Source: Harriotta raleighana
Taxonomy: Eukaryota
Length of the DNA stretch: 64,000 bases
Direction of reading: 5' to 3'
Assembly (NCBI GenBank): GCA_050575255.1
Contig: JBNZDD010013711.1
Location: 6,574,491-6,638,490 of the forward strand
Under the pieces are notes generated by a model. That model was not told the origin of the DNA. It ran no database searches and worked only from the letters and a program-made list of their open reading frames with translations. How positions within the stretch are numbered: position 1 is the first letter of the stretch; every line of letters begins with the position of its first letter. The position numbers and the translations under genes were made by a program. This document shows positions 27,913 to 38,889 of the stretch, in pieces.

Positions 27913-28295
27913 CAGTAAAACCTTGTTCATCCATGACCCGATCAACCGGATTGCTCGACCCCCTCCTGGGGCAATTCCCCATTCCAGAATCATGAGTTTG
28001 CTCACTTTCCGCATGTTTGCAATGCGCACTTAGTAAACTTACGAACTTGGGTTTTTTACCGATCAGTAGAAAATGTTGTTTTACCGATTTTTTTCCCCGA
28101 CTGTGCTGGAATGCTTTGTTGGTAATTATCCACACAATATTCTGTTATTGTTTAGTGTATTATTAACATGGTATGTTTTAAAATAAGTTAATTTTTTATG
28201 TTGGGTTTTCGGCAACTTGCCGGCACAGTCAACTAGTCCNNNNNNNNNNCCCCCCCCCCCCCCCCCGAGCGGGCCAGATAAACAAGGTTTTACTG
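27913..28295. mobile_element. Family-A MITE (contains 10-N gap 28240-28249)
   Basis: TA|CAGTAAAACCTTGTTCATCC...GATAAACAAGGTTTTACTG|TA. Confidence 0.85.
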
Positions 28296-28479
28296 TATAA
28301 CTGTTACACAAGTACTTTTCACGTTGTGTTTGACCTCTGCATTTTGACTTGTTTGTTGTATGAGCTGAAATTCCTTAGTGGTTCGGATTCCTCCTGTCTT
28401 CTTCTCTGCCCCTTCCCCTTAGCTGGATATGAGTGGGGGCTCATGCTGAACTATGAATCCACAAATGCAGCAGCAGCAC

Positions 28480-28800
28480 TTTGGTACTCGTCGACAAACC
28501 AGCTATCCTCCAGTGACCGTTGACAGTAAACATAGACTATGAAAATCATCACAGCTGAGCCACATCTTGTCCTAACATTCACATACATGCACTTTTATAC
28601 TGAGTCATGAGAAACAATCATGGTGGGAATACTAGCCAGTGTGTACTCACATTTGCTGAGTATGCCAAGGGTTGTTGTGCAATAGTACCTCCACCTTTTC
28701 ATGATTGAGAATAGCAACATCATTATTGACTAAAGATTGTGCTGGACATTTCCTGATCTTTATGACTCCACACCATCATTTTACCATCTTGTGAGCAGAT
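28480..28800 (-). mobile_element. LF-SINE-like relic
   Basis: CATCACAGCTGAGCCACATCTTGTCCTAACATTCACATACATGCACTTT...TTTCCTGATCTTTATGACTC resembles the reverse complement of the LF-SINE body and head. Confidence 0.55.
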
Positions 28801-29399
28801 GTAGTGAATTTACATTCACCATCTGACCTTCGTGCGGGTTAGCTAGCATATTGGGATTTTTAATTTGGAAGTATTAGTAGAAAGCTGCACTTAAATATTT
28901 ATTATTTATCTGAGCTCGTAATTCACACTTCCATTAAACAAATGTTTATTGGATTCAGCACTGAAAACTCAATTGGTGGTGAATTTATTTGTCATCAAAT
29001 AAGGCCAAGCACATTTCAGTCCTGTGATTCTGTACAAGCCTGCAATAAATTCATTCCCATTGCACACAGAATTGGATCTTTATGGATTGGCATAATCTGG
29101 GTTGAAATTGCATTCTTTTATCTTAATTTGAGGAGTCATCACTGAGGAATTGGGATTTAAACCACGATCTGATAAATTGGTTAAACAGGCTTGATGTGCT
29201 CCAGTTCTTGTTTTGCTATGATCAGCTCAGAGCAGGCTTGTTGAAGCCTTCTTGCTGGTTAACTAGCTGCCTCAGGCTGAGTAGCAATGCAACAATGGGA
29301 TTTGACAAAGGAATAGAGAACGTACCTCCTTTTATAATTTTTGAAGAGCTGTGGTGAAAATGAAAGGTTTTAAAGTGTTAAAGTATATGTTTGTTTCAG

Positions 29400-30280
29400 A
29401 TTTTAACATTGATGCTTCTGGTCAGTTGGATCATAGTGGTCCAGAACCACCCTCTGCTCCTGAACACCCTCGAATCCTGCCTCCAGATCAGAGACCTCCA
29501 GAACCACCAGAACCACCACCCACATCAACAGTCTCAAACTTTCCGAACGAAGCACAGCACAGTACCAGCCCTGTTACTGTGGGTGACCCTGCTGCAGGTG
29601 TGAAGGCAGCACTATTAGAGCTTTTAGCTCATCACCAAGCCCAGGAGGAGGGTCAAGGACGGACTACTGCTGACTATCGACCCGGTGGTAAAATTCGAAC
29701 TGCTGCAGAGTATAGCGATGGATTTGGAACATCTTATTCATCTAGTAATTACGATAGTGATAGTTATGGCAAAAGACTCAGTAGCAGTAGTGGAATGGGA
29801 ACTTTTCTGGGCAGACCAGATGCCCCCACTCACTCACTTCTGGATAATGTATCATCTGCATTTGGTGCTTCTTCATCTCATGTTAGTGGTGCACACCAGC
29901 CTTCTGGCTATTCAGATACCTTTAGCAGCTCAGTGACTGGATTTGGAGAAGGGATTGGTTACCTCAACAGCACCATGCAGTTTAAAGGCGATAAAGACCA
30001 CAGGTTTGATTATAGCCGTAGTGTTCTACCCCCTCTAGGAAAAACTGGAAGTAATCCATCATCAGTACCTGAAAGTACTAAAAGTGCAAATGTGCCTCTT
30101 GCCACAAAACTGCAGAATTATGGCTATGTTGCCAACAGACAAGAAAACCTAGCTTCCAGTGGCCCTATTCATGGACAGAGTTGGGGATCCCCTGGACACG
30201 GAACAGGTTATTCTCACGCCTACAGTGGACGTATTAATACATCAAACATAGGAGGAAGAGGCAGAGGTTTACCATACTGA
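29400..30280 (+). CDS. CDK13: CDK13 last coding exon with stop codon
   Basis: tttcag|AT; RILPPDQRPPEPPEPPP, GVKAALLELL, GDKDHRFDY, ends GGRGRGLPY-TGA (CDK13-type C-terminus); the frame sums correctly across all 11 exons. Confidence 0.96.
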
Positions 30281-32800
30281 TTATAAACCAGACCTATAGC
30301 ACACCGGAATGATAAACAACTGGGTTGTCCTCTCTATAGTTGTGGTTTGTACCAGGATTTTTTTTTAATGTATGCTGTACATTTGAATACAAATGCAGAT
30401 GTTATTAAATTTGGCAGGTTTGAAACATATTCAATTACAAAATTGATTTCTACCATGTAGGGAAGCAACAAAGAAAACTCTTGGCTTCTTCTCATGAGCT
30501 GTTCTTTTCCTTGTCCTTGTTTCTATAATTCTGATTTTTGAAAATTATATTTTGATTGTGCATCATATTTCCCATTTGATAGGTTATGCCTGTGTCTATT
30601 ATAGCAGTTTCGAGATGAACAGCATTTCTAGACTAATCAACTATTAAGACATTTGTTGCTGAACATTGACAAAACCATAACGAGTTTAGCCATACGTCTT
30701 TACATTAAGCAATTCTATAGGTTTGGACCAACTGTCTTCTGTGAGCTGCTGAGTTTTGCAAGGCTCTTAGGTAGTGTGCTTTCTTATATTTTTCTTATGA
30801 CTATTGGCAGATAACTAACTGTCAGATCTTAAGTGTAATGTTATTGCAGGAAATGTGAGTATGCGCATTGTACCTGCACTAAAAACATCAGTGTGGTTTA
30901 CCTTATTTATAAAATGGAGACCGCAAGTATTTGGTCATTTTTTTGAAGTCAAATGAGAAGATTTGAGTAAAATACATGCAAACTGAAACTGTTGCCTTGT
31001 TTTGTACTTTTATCAGACAATTCTTACTAAAAACAAAGAAATATAAAAATGTAGCAAACATTTGATTATTTCAGTGTTTGTCATAAATCTTTGTAATCAT
31101 TCATTTGGCTAGTTTAATTCTACCTGCTTTTTGAAATAAACTGAAATAATGCGTTTTGTTACAGAAATTTTTTTTGAGTGGATTTAAGCTAGATTTGGAA
31201 ACAGGGTGGTTGAGACGTGTACAAGTTGGTGAGTTTGGCATCATACATTGGATGTTGTCTTTTGTCTGCAATGGTTGAAACAAAAAATATTACCACTGCC
31301 TCTAAGAGTGTTGCAGGACAGTTATTCAGTCTTCAATTTACTTGAGTTTTATTCTTCTTTGTAATGTCTTCTTACTGCCTTGCAGTTCTTTTAGAAGTAT
31401 CCAATAAATAATTCAACGTCATCAACATTATCAGAGGGAAACCATAATGGAAAAACTAACAAGTGAGTACAGTGGGTATTAATTCTGGCATATTTTAACA
31501 TTCTCTGTATCTTAAGAATTCTTGGTATTTTTTCAAAAAAAATTTGCTCTAAAGGAGCAGAAAAGAGAATTCAAACCATTTTTGTAATTATTACAGCAAT
31601 ATGAATTGAAACCCAAGTTCCATCACACAGTTAGAAAGTGGCCCAAATGACTTGAATTCTCAGGTGTGGGGTGGGTGGGGAGTATTTGATTTTCATGAGA
31701 GTATAAGGCTTCCACAGAGATTGGTACATTTTAGGCCAGCACATGATCAAGATGAAATGCACAGGTCTGCTTTACATTGTAATGTTCAATGCATAATTTC
31801 TACCATCAGGCTATATAAAGACATTGAACACTTCATTTTAGCGTCATATGTTAAACTTTAAACACTGATACTTTACACTTGTTTACCCTTTTTTTTAAAA
31901 AAAAGGTCCCAAATAAACCAGTGATTTTTTTTGTCACAGCTGGTAAGCTTGCTGAAAATATCACTTGATGTGTTACAAAGCAACTGTATCTTGTTGTGGC
32001 TTAAAATAAATACGTGAATCATAATGGTTTCTAATTTGTGGATCTTACAGTAAAGGTAAATATAAAATCATACCCATGTTGATTTTCACTGCAGTTTCAA
32101 AACATTAGAGAATGTTGCACTTGATGGGGTAGGGGACTGGAAGGCATGTGTGTTGAGATGATTGGTGATAGAGATTTCTTGTAAAGTTGAGTAATTTTTA
32201 TTAGGTCTTTTTCACTGGCAGATAATCCAGTTCAATTCAGAGTTACAGTTCAAAATCTTGTTTAAAACAAATGGACATTTTGAATTTCAGTGTTGCTGCT
32301 CTATTTCCTGTGCCCGCACTATTGCCTTTAATGCATATAATAAAGATCTCAGGTGCCCAGCCAATACTGGATATATTTATTGTGATGAAATATTGCTGTC
32401 CTGTACAGTAACCATTACTGTTACACGTGTGCAAATTGAGTTCTGTACTTTTGTCTCACATGCACAAAAGGTACAAGGTAGAAATCATTCCAAAATTACA
32501 ATACACTTGGGATAAATGGGTGTATTCATATTTCAGTGAAAACCCAGGTGTAAAATGCTCACCTTCCCAGCTTAAATCAGTTGTGTTTATTGTGTTTATT
32601 TTCAAATTCAGAGATGTTTTTTGTTGGCCTACTTCATCTCCACCTACAAAAAAAAACAAAAAGATATTTATACTGTAATATGTTCTATGAATACTATGGC
32701 CTTTTCAAAAAGTTTCATGTAATTTGTTAAATTGAATTCTGGCATTGTAATTTTGTATGGATCTGTAAATAAAGATGGAGATTAATTTCTGCAGAACCCC
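30281..32800 (+). other. CDK13: CDK13 3' UTR (end inferred)
   Basis: AT-rich and free of recognisable TEs; AATAAA at 31135, 31403, 31912, 32005, 32339, 32768; TE fragments resume at ~33050. Confidence 0.6.
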
Positions 32801-33049
32801 TTTGTGTATAATTTATTAAAACAAAATACACCTCCTCCTCCAGACTACTGAATTCTGAGACTACTCATCTGCAGGCTAATACTGCTCAAATGTAAAATAG
32901 AGTTCAAATAAATATTCCATTGACAGCAAATACTTTTCATTTCCTGCCCTCCTTTCTTTCTTCTATCCAAAAGGGTGGAGGTGGAAATGTTAGTCATTAA
33001 ATTAAACACTACTGTTGTAATTATTTTTCATACACAATTTCCTAATAAC

Positions 33050-33470
33050 AACAAATGACAACAAAATTACATTTGTATAGTGCCTTTCGTGTTGGGAGGA
33101 CATCCCAAGATAGTGTTTTGGACCTGACTTGGGGATCGGCGAGGGTGATAGAAGGCACGGTCGAAGACGAGGGTATTGAGGCGGGTCATGAACAACAACA
33201 ACAACAACAACAAAATTACATTTATAGAGTGCATTTCATGTCGGAAGGATATCCCAAGGTGCTGGGAGGGGAGAGGTAGAGGGACTGCAGGTTGGAGCGT
33301 CATGGAGAGCTTTGAAGGTGAGGAATAGGATCTTGAACTGCATCCTCTGTGTGATGGGAAGCCAGTCGAGTTGGGTGATGATGGGGGTGAAGGGTTACGG
33401 AGCCTGGTGCGGTAGAAGGCTGCAAAGTTCTGGATGATCTACAGTCTGGAGGGAGACGTTGGGGAGCCTT
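33050..33470 (-). mobile_element. L2 LINE 3' fragments (two tails)
   Basis: (CAA)n-AAATTACATTT.TAGAGTGC.TTTC reverse tails at ~33057 and ~33192. Confidence 0.75.
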
Positions 33471-33574
33471 ATGCTGTGACCTATCAACTCTCTGGCACTC
33501 TTCGGTAACTAAAACTCCCTACAATTGACATTCATCACTAAAGTTGTGAGGTTAATTTGTAGGTCAAATTAGAG

Positions 33575-33960
33575 CAGAGAAGATTACGCGGGGACCTGAT
33601 AGAGGTCTTCAAGATCATGAAAGGTTTCGACAGGCTAGATCGGGAAAAGCTGTTTCCGCTGGTAGGTGTGTTTGTGAGCCGAGGTCACAGTCTTAAGATA
33701 TCTACCAAAAGAAGCAGAGGGGAGGTTAGAAGAATTTTTTTCACTCAAGAGTTGTTCGAATTTGGAATGATCTGCCTGAAAGGGTAGTGAGGTCCGATTC
33801 GATAGCAGCTTTTAAGAGAGAACTGGATAGGTATCTGGGGAAGATGGGTTTGCAGGGTTATGGGGAGAAAGCTGGTGATTGTGGTTAAAAAAAAGTGACA
33901 TTGCTCTGTCAAAGAGCCGGCACAGACTCGATGGCCTGAATGGCCTCCTTCTGTGCCGTA
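33575..33960 (+). mobile_element. CR1 LINE 3' fragment
   Basis: LEQRRLRGDLIEVFKIMKGFDRLD remnant; GATGGCCTGAATGGCCTCCTTCTGTGCCGTA tail. Confidence 0.85.
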
Positions 33961-34224
33961 ACCTTAAAAAAAAAAGATTTAAACCACCTGAATATTGTGG
34001 TTATTGAGAGGTCCATCTAACAAATTCTGTTTTTTTAAAAAACTAAGATGTAACTCTTTCCAAGAATAATGAATGGAGGATGGAACGCTCAAGGTTAGAA
34101 TTTATTTTTTCAGAAATTACTGCTGTTCCAGCAGAACTCTGCAAGTTTCCTCTTCATCACGGTTAATGTAGGAGGTTACTTACATAATTGAAGTTTTTCA
34201 ACTGTAGGATTTTATTAAAGAATC

Positions 34225-34590
34225 GTAGAATTATTGCAGCACAGGAAGAGGCCATTCGGCCCATTGTGCCTATGCCAGCTCCTTGAAAGAGGTCCCAACT
34301 AGTCCCATCCCCACCCCATAGCTCTGTACATTTTTTTTTAAGTATCTTATCTAATTTCACTTTAAAAGCTATTATCGAATCTGCTCACATCACCTTTTCA
34401 GGAAGTCCAGATCGTAAAAACTCTTGAGTAAAACAGTTTCTCCTCATTCCCCCTCTAATTCGTTTGCCAATTATCTTAAGTCTGTGTCCTCCTGTTATAG
34501 ACCCACCCACCAGAGGAAATCATTCTTCCCTATCTACCAAAACCCCTCATCATTTTGAACACCTCTATTAAATCTTCCCTCAAATATTCT
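34225..34590 (-). mobile_element. CR1 LINE 3' fragment
   Basis: CACAGGAAGAGGCCATTCGGCCC reverse tail; CTCATCATTTTGAACACCTCTATTAAATCT. Confidence 0.8.
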
Positions 34591-36552
34591 CTGCTATTTT
34601 TAGTCATTTAAAATTAATGTTACTAAATGTGTTTTACATTGCAATTTCCACCAAAAATCGACTCTACCACAATTGTGCGAATTTATCCCAAAAAACTGAA
34701 ACAAAGTACTACAGTATTTATGTTTATCATCTTTTCTAAGTTCCATAAGAAGATAACCATAGGTACCCATGATGCACGACGAGATGAACGTATAAGGTTT
34801 TTGATTAAATACTAGATTGTGAGCATTTCTGATGTAACCAGACAAGATTGCCTTTTTTATTTCATTATTGTAATGCCACAAAAATGTTCATTGTTCATCT
34901 ATTGCTGGTCAATGATCATGACAAGGTAATCTCACTTTTCTCCCCAGATACCCGCTGAAAGTCTTGTATTAATGTAGTCAGAATTGTGAGCAAATCTAGT
35001 ATTAATTGCAATTTCCAGCCTGCAAATATATTGCTCATTTGTGGCAAGTGGAAAATGTTTGTGAATTGGCAAACTCTTGACTGTGTTTTGCTTCCCTGTA
35101 TTTTTTCCAAATGTTTTCCAACTCGAGATTTGTGATTCACTATTTGCGAATCGAACAATCAGACAAAAGTCGCAATTAACCACTCATTTGGCTTAGTCAA
35201 AATATTGCATAAATGTTACATGAAGACTGCGAATCGGTCTCACCACATCCTTAATTTTTGCAACTCTTTCCCAAACCACTTGTTACCACTTCCCCTTCCT
35301 TCAGGTATCAAAAAACAGATTTACTTGTTTTCTTTTCTGCCTTTTGGTCATTATCCATAAATTGGATTTCCCTGTTTGGTGTGTTTGTCATGCTTTAAGA
35401 TATTGTGTTAATGTGAAAGGTGCCATATAAATGCAAGCTGTTGTAAACCAGTGATTAGTGGTTAATTTTAGAAAAATAATCCGATTTATATCTCTCCCCG
35501 TTAGCAGACAAACATGTAATTCTACATGAAACTGTTTTAATGAGGATGAAGAGCTGACTGCCAGCAGCAATAAATAATACATTGTTGACCTGTAAGGTAC
35601 TAAAGAGATGGTTGCTCAAGTGTGAATGTTTCCTGGAATATGTTCTGCACTTGGTTACTAGAGAAAGTTACTTATTACACAAATCTGAAAAATCATTTGT
35701 TGAAGGATTAATGTAGACCAGCAAGGAGTATTTGAAAACAACATTTGACATTCCCATTATGTAAGCTCCATAAGTCCACTTTGCTGACTTTTGAGAAATC
35801 GCAATGGGACACTTTGAGAATATAGTGAAACTTGTATCAGTTGGGACAGTAACCTTTACAGGTGACATACATGAAAAACCAAGTTCCAGACTAACTACAA
35901 GTCATCTAAATTCCAACAAAATTTGCAGGGTTCAGGGTAATTGCATTGTGGTGAAGCACCTTATCACATCTTGGAGACATTTTAAAAGTGCTTTACAGAT
36001 TTACTGTCAATTAAATTGATATTTTGTGAGTGAAACATGAATTGTGAGGAATTGCACACAGCAGTGTCCCACAAACAGTCATGGATTGAGTGACCAAATA
36101 TGATTTATTTTTGAAGGAATCATTGCCCTCAGGAAAGCAATCAGCCAATCAACTAACTGGTAGGGTTCTTACTCACTGGTAGGTAAACAGAGGTATGTGG
36201 AGCAAGTAAACTTGCCCAATGTTTTGCCCTGCTGAAGAAATCAAACGAGGTGTGCGCCCTAATCATTAAGCTGTAGGACTGACTCCACATGCTGAATTGC
36301 TGTCCATGTGGTGTGCTACCTTGTGGTCAGATAACCTGTTGTAGATTCCATGGCACTATTTGGAAAGAAAAGGGAGTTTCTCCAGACACTACCCTGCGTG
36401 AGGGGCGCTATATAAATGCAAGTTGCTGTTTTAATCCTGGCCAAGAATCTCACCAATAAAATTGTTCAGTCACTCTGTGGCTGTTGGTGGGGCATCGCTG
36501 TGGGTAAATTGACAGCTGTATTTACCTACAAAAGCTGCACACTGCACAGTGA

Positions 36553-36831
36553 TAATAATAATCCTTGTGTCTCAAAGCACTTCACAGAATATACTGTAAA
36601 GTGAATTGACTGTATATTTGCGGGCGAAACGCAGGAGGAAATTGCGCACAGCAGTGTCCCACAAACAGTCGTGGATTGAAATCACCAATTTCTTATAGGT
36701 TTTTTTTGGAATGATTATTGGTGTGTGGAGTAAGGAAACTTGCCCAAGGTTTCGCCCTGACCTGCCTGGATTCGAAACACAGGTATCTCGCTTGTAAGGT
36801 GAGTGTTCTCACCAGCGAGCTACAGGACTCC
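36553..36831 (-). mobile_element. tRNA-derived SINE directly upstream of the SUGCT promoter (a second copy lies at ~36030-36280)
   Basis: Reverse head GAGCTACAGGACTCC, B-box GGATTCGAAAC, core CACAGCAGTGTCCCACAAAC. Confidence 0.88.
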
Positions 36832-36959
36832 AGTAAAAGTCGTGTGAAGAGCTTGAAGACGTGGTAAGGTGCTGTGTCACATGTGGCCAGCAGGAGGCTG
36901 ATGGATGATCATTCTCTTAGTGTAAAGCGTTGCCAGGGGCCTGAGCAATGACAGTGACA

Positions 36960-37275
36960 GTAACACGGTATCTCCACTGGGTGTCGCCACAGCCTCGGGT
37001 CCGGGTTGATTGACAGGTGGTGACGGCCAGATCTGCTCGGTGCTGTTGTCATTTCCGTCGGGTCGGTCGGGTCGGGATGAGGTGTTTACCGGCGCTGAGG
37101 CTTCTGCGTTTCTCATGGTCTCGGTGGGGACCGGCACCGGGGGGGAGCCGCAGGCCGCTCAGCAGCGCTCCGCCGCTGTCAGGTACAAACCCCGCGGGAC
37201 CCGCTTGTCAAAGGGGAGAGAAACAAGCCTGAACACCGAGGCCTCAAGTCCCCAACAGGACCCGCCAACAGGGGC
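36960..37275 (+). promoter_or_regulatory. CpG-island-like promoter and first-exon region of SUGCT
   Basis: One of very few non-repeat GC/CpG-rich stretches in the window; surrounds ATG 37077; ETS-like TTTCCG at ~37052. Confidence 0.65.
37077..37182 (+). CDS. SUGCT: SUGCT exon 1 (mitochondrial targeting peptide)
   Basis: gggATG; [35 protein letters not shown] is Arg/Leu/Ser-rich with no acidic residues; TCAG|gtacaa donor, phase 1, matching exon 2. Confidence 0.8.
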
Positions 37276-37277
37276 AT

Positions 37278-38340
37278 GAGCGGATACAGGGGCAGGGACA
37301 GGAGCGGATACAGGGGCAGGGACAGGAGCGGATACAGGGGCAGGTACAGGGACAGGAGCGGATACAGGGGCAGGGACAGGAGCGGATACAGGTGCAGGTC
37401 CAGGAGTGGGTACAGGGGCAGGGGCAGGAGCGGATACAGGGGCAGGTACAGGGACAGGAGCGGGTACAGGGGCAGGGACAGGAGCGGATACAGGGGCAGG
37501 TACAGGGACAGGAGCGGATACAGGGGCAGGGACAGGAGCGGATACAGGGGCAGGTACAGGGACAGGAGCGGATACAGGGGCAGGGACAGGAGCGGATACA
37601 GGGGCAGGTACAGGGACAGGAGCGGATACAGGGGCAGGGACAGGAGCGGATACAGGGGCAGGTACAGGGACAGGAGCGGATACAGGGGCAGGGACAGGAG
37701 CGGATACAGGGGCAGGTACAGGGACAGGAGCGGATACAGGGGCAGGGACAGGAGCGGATACAGGGGCAGGTACAGGGACAGGAGCGGATACAGGGGCAGG
37801 GACAGGAGCGGATACAGGGGCAGGTACAGGGACAGGAGCGGATACAGGTGCAGGTCCAGGAGTGGGTACAGGGGCGGGTACAGGGGCAAGTACAGGGGCG
37901 GGTACAGGGATGGATACAGGGGCGGGTACAGGGGCAAGTACAGGGGCGGGTACAGGGATGGGTACAGGGGCGGGTACAGGGGCAGGTACAGGGGCAGGAG
38001 CAGGTACAGGAGCGGATACGGGTACAGGAGCGGATACAGGCGCGGGTACAGGGATGGGTACAGGAGCAGGAGCGTGTACATTGAGCGGATACAGGGGCAG
38101 GTACAGGGGTGGGTACAGGGGCAGGAGCAGGTTCAGGAGCGGATACAGGGGCAGGTACAGGTCTGGGTACAGGAGCAGGGGCAGGAGCAGGCACAGTGGT
38201 GGGTACAGGGGCAGGAGCGGATACAAGAGCAGGTACGGGGGCGGGTACAGGAGTAGGAGCGGGGGCAGGAGCAGGTACAGGGGCATGTGCAGGGGAAAGA
38301 GTGGGTATAGGAGCGGATACAGGGGCAGGAGCAGGTATGG
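37278..38340 (+). repeat. G-rich minisatellite in SUGCT intron 1: 6-nt NNCAGG subunits with a 24+30=54-nt higher-order unit
   Basis: GACAGGAGCGGATACAGGGGCAGG alternates with GACAGGAGCGGATACAGGGGCAGGTACAGG; homogeneous to ~37850 and degenerate afterwards. Confidence 0.97.
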
Positions 38341-38889
38341 GGGCAACAACAAAATTACATTTATAGAAGTGCCTTTCACGTCGGGAGGACAGTGTGACAT
38401 GGGGGCAGAAGCGTCAGGGGAGGGGCGGGGGGAAGGGCAGGAGTGGCAGGGGCAGGGAGGCAGGAGGGGCAAGGGAGGACGGGACAGGGATATGGCAGCA
38501 CAGCGCAGCATGGGACAGGGCAGCACAGTTTACTGACATTACACCGTGTAATACTGACCACCTCAGTAATACAGAGTAATATTGACTACCTCAGTAATTT
38601 TGAGTTACACTGACCATTGCAATAAAATAGTTTAGAGTAACAGACCACTTCAATAATGTAGAGTAATAGTGACCACATCTATAATATAGAAAAATAATAT
38701 AGAACAAGATAATGTGTAACACAGGTAAATTTATATAAAATATAACACATAATATAGCAAAAATTGAACAACAATGTGTAACACAGCAAAGATTTATTAT
38801 ATAATTAAAACATTTATTATATCTAATAGTTAATAACTAATAATTAATACATTTTAATCTAATAATACATAATGTGTACAACAGCAATA

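Noticed and set aside
36877-37137. Minus-strand 86-aa ORF at the SUGCT promoter as a possible MPLKIP
   Set aside because: No resemblance to MPLKIP motifs (FRPPTP, SMLEDPW); it is the antisense frame of the GC-rich SUGCT exon 1
37159-38536. Six long ORFs (230-455 aa), including an RS/RG-rich one that resembles an SR protein
   Set aside because: All derive from a stop-free minisatellite open in every frame inside SUGCT intron 1; no domain content or splice context
38548-38690. Degenerate TAATACTGACCACCTCAG repeats
   Set aside because: Short, decayed tandem repeat; nothing supports a function
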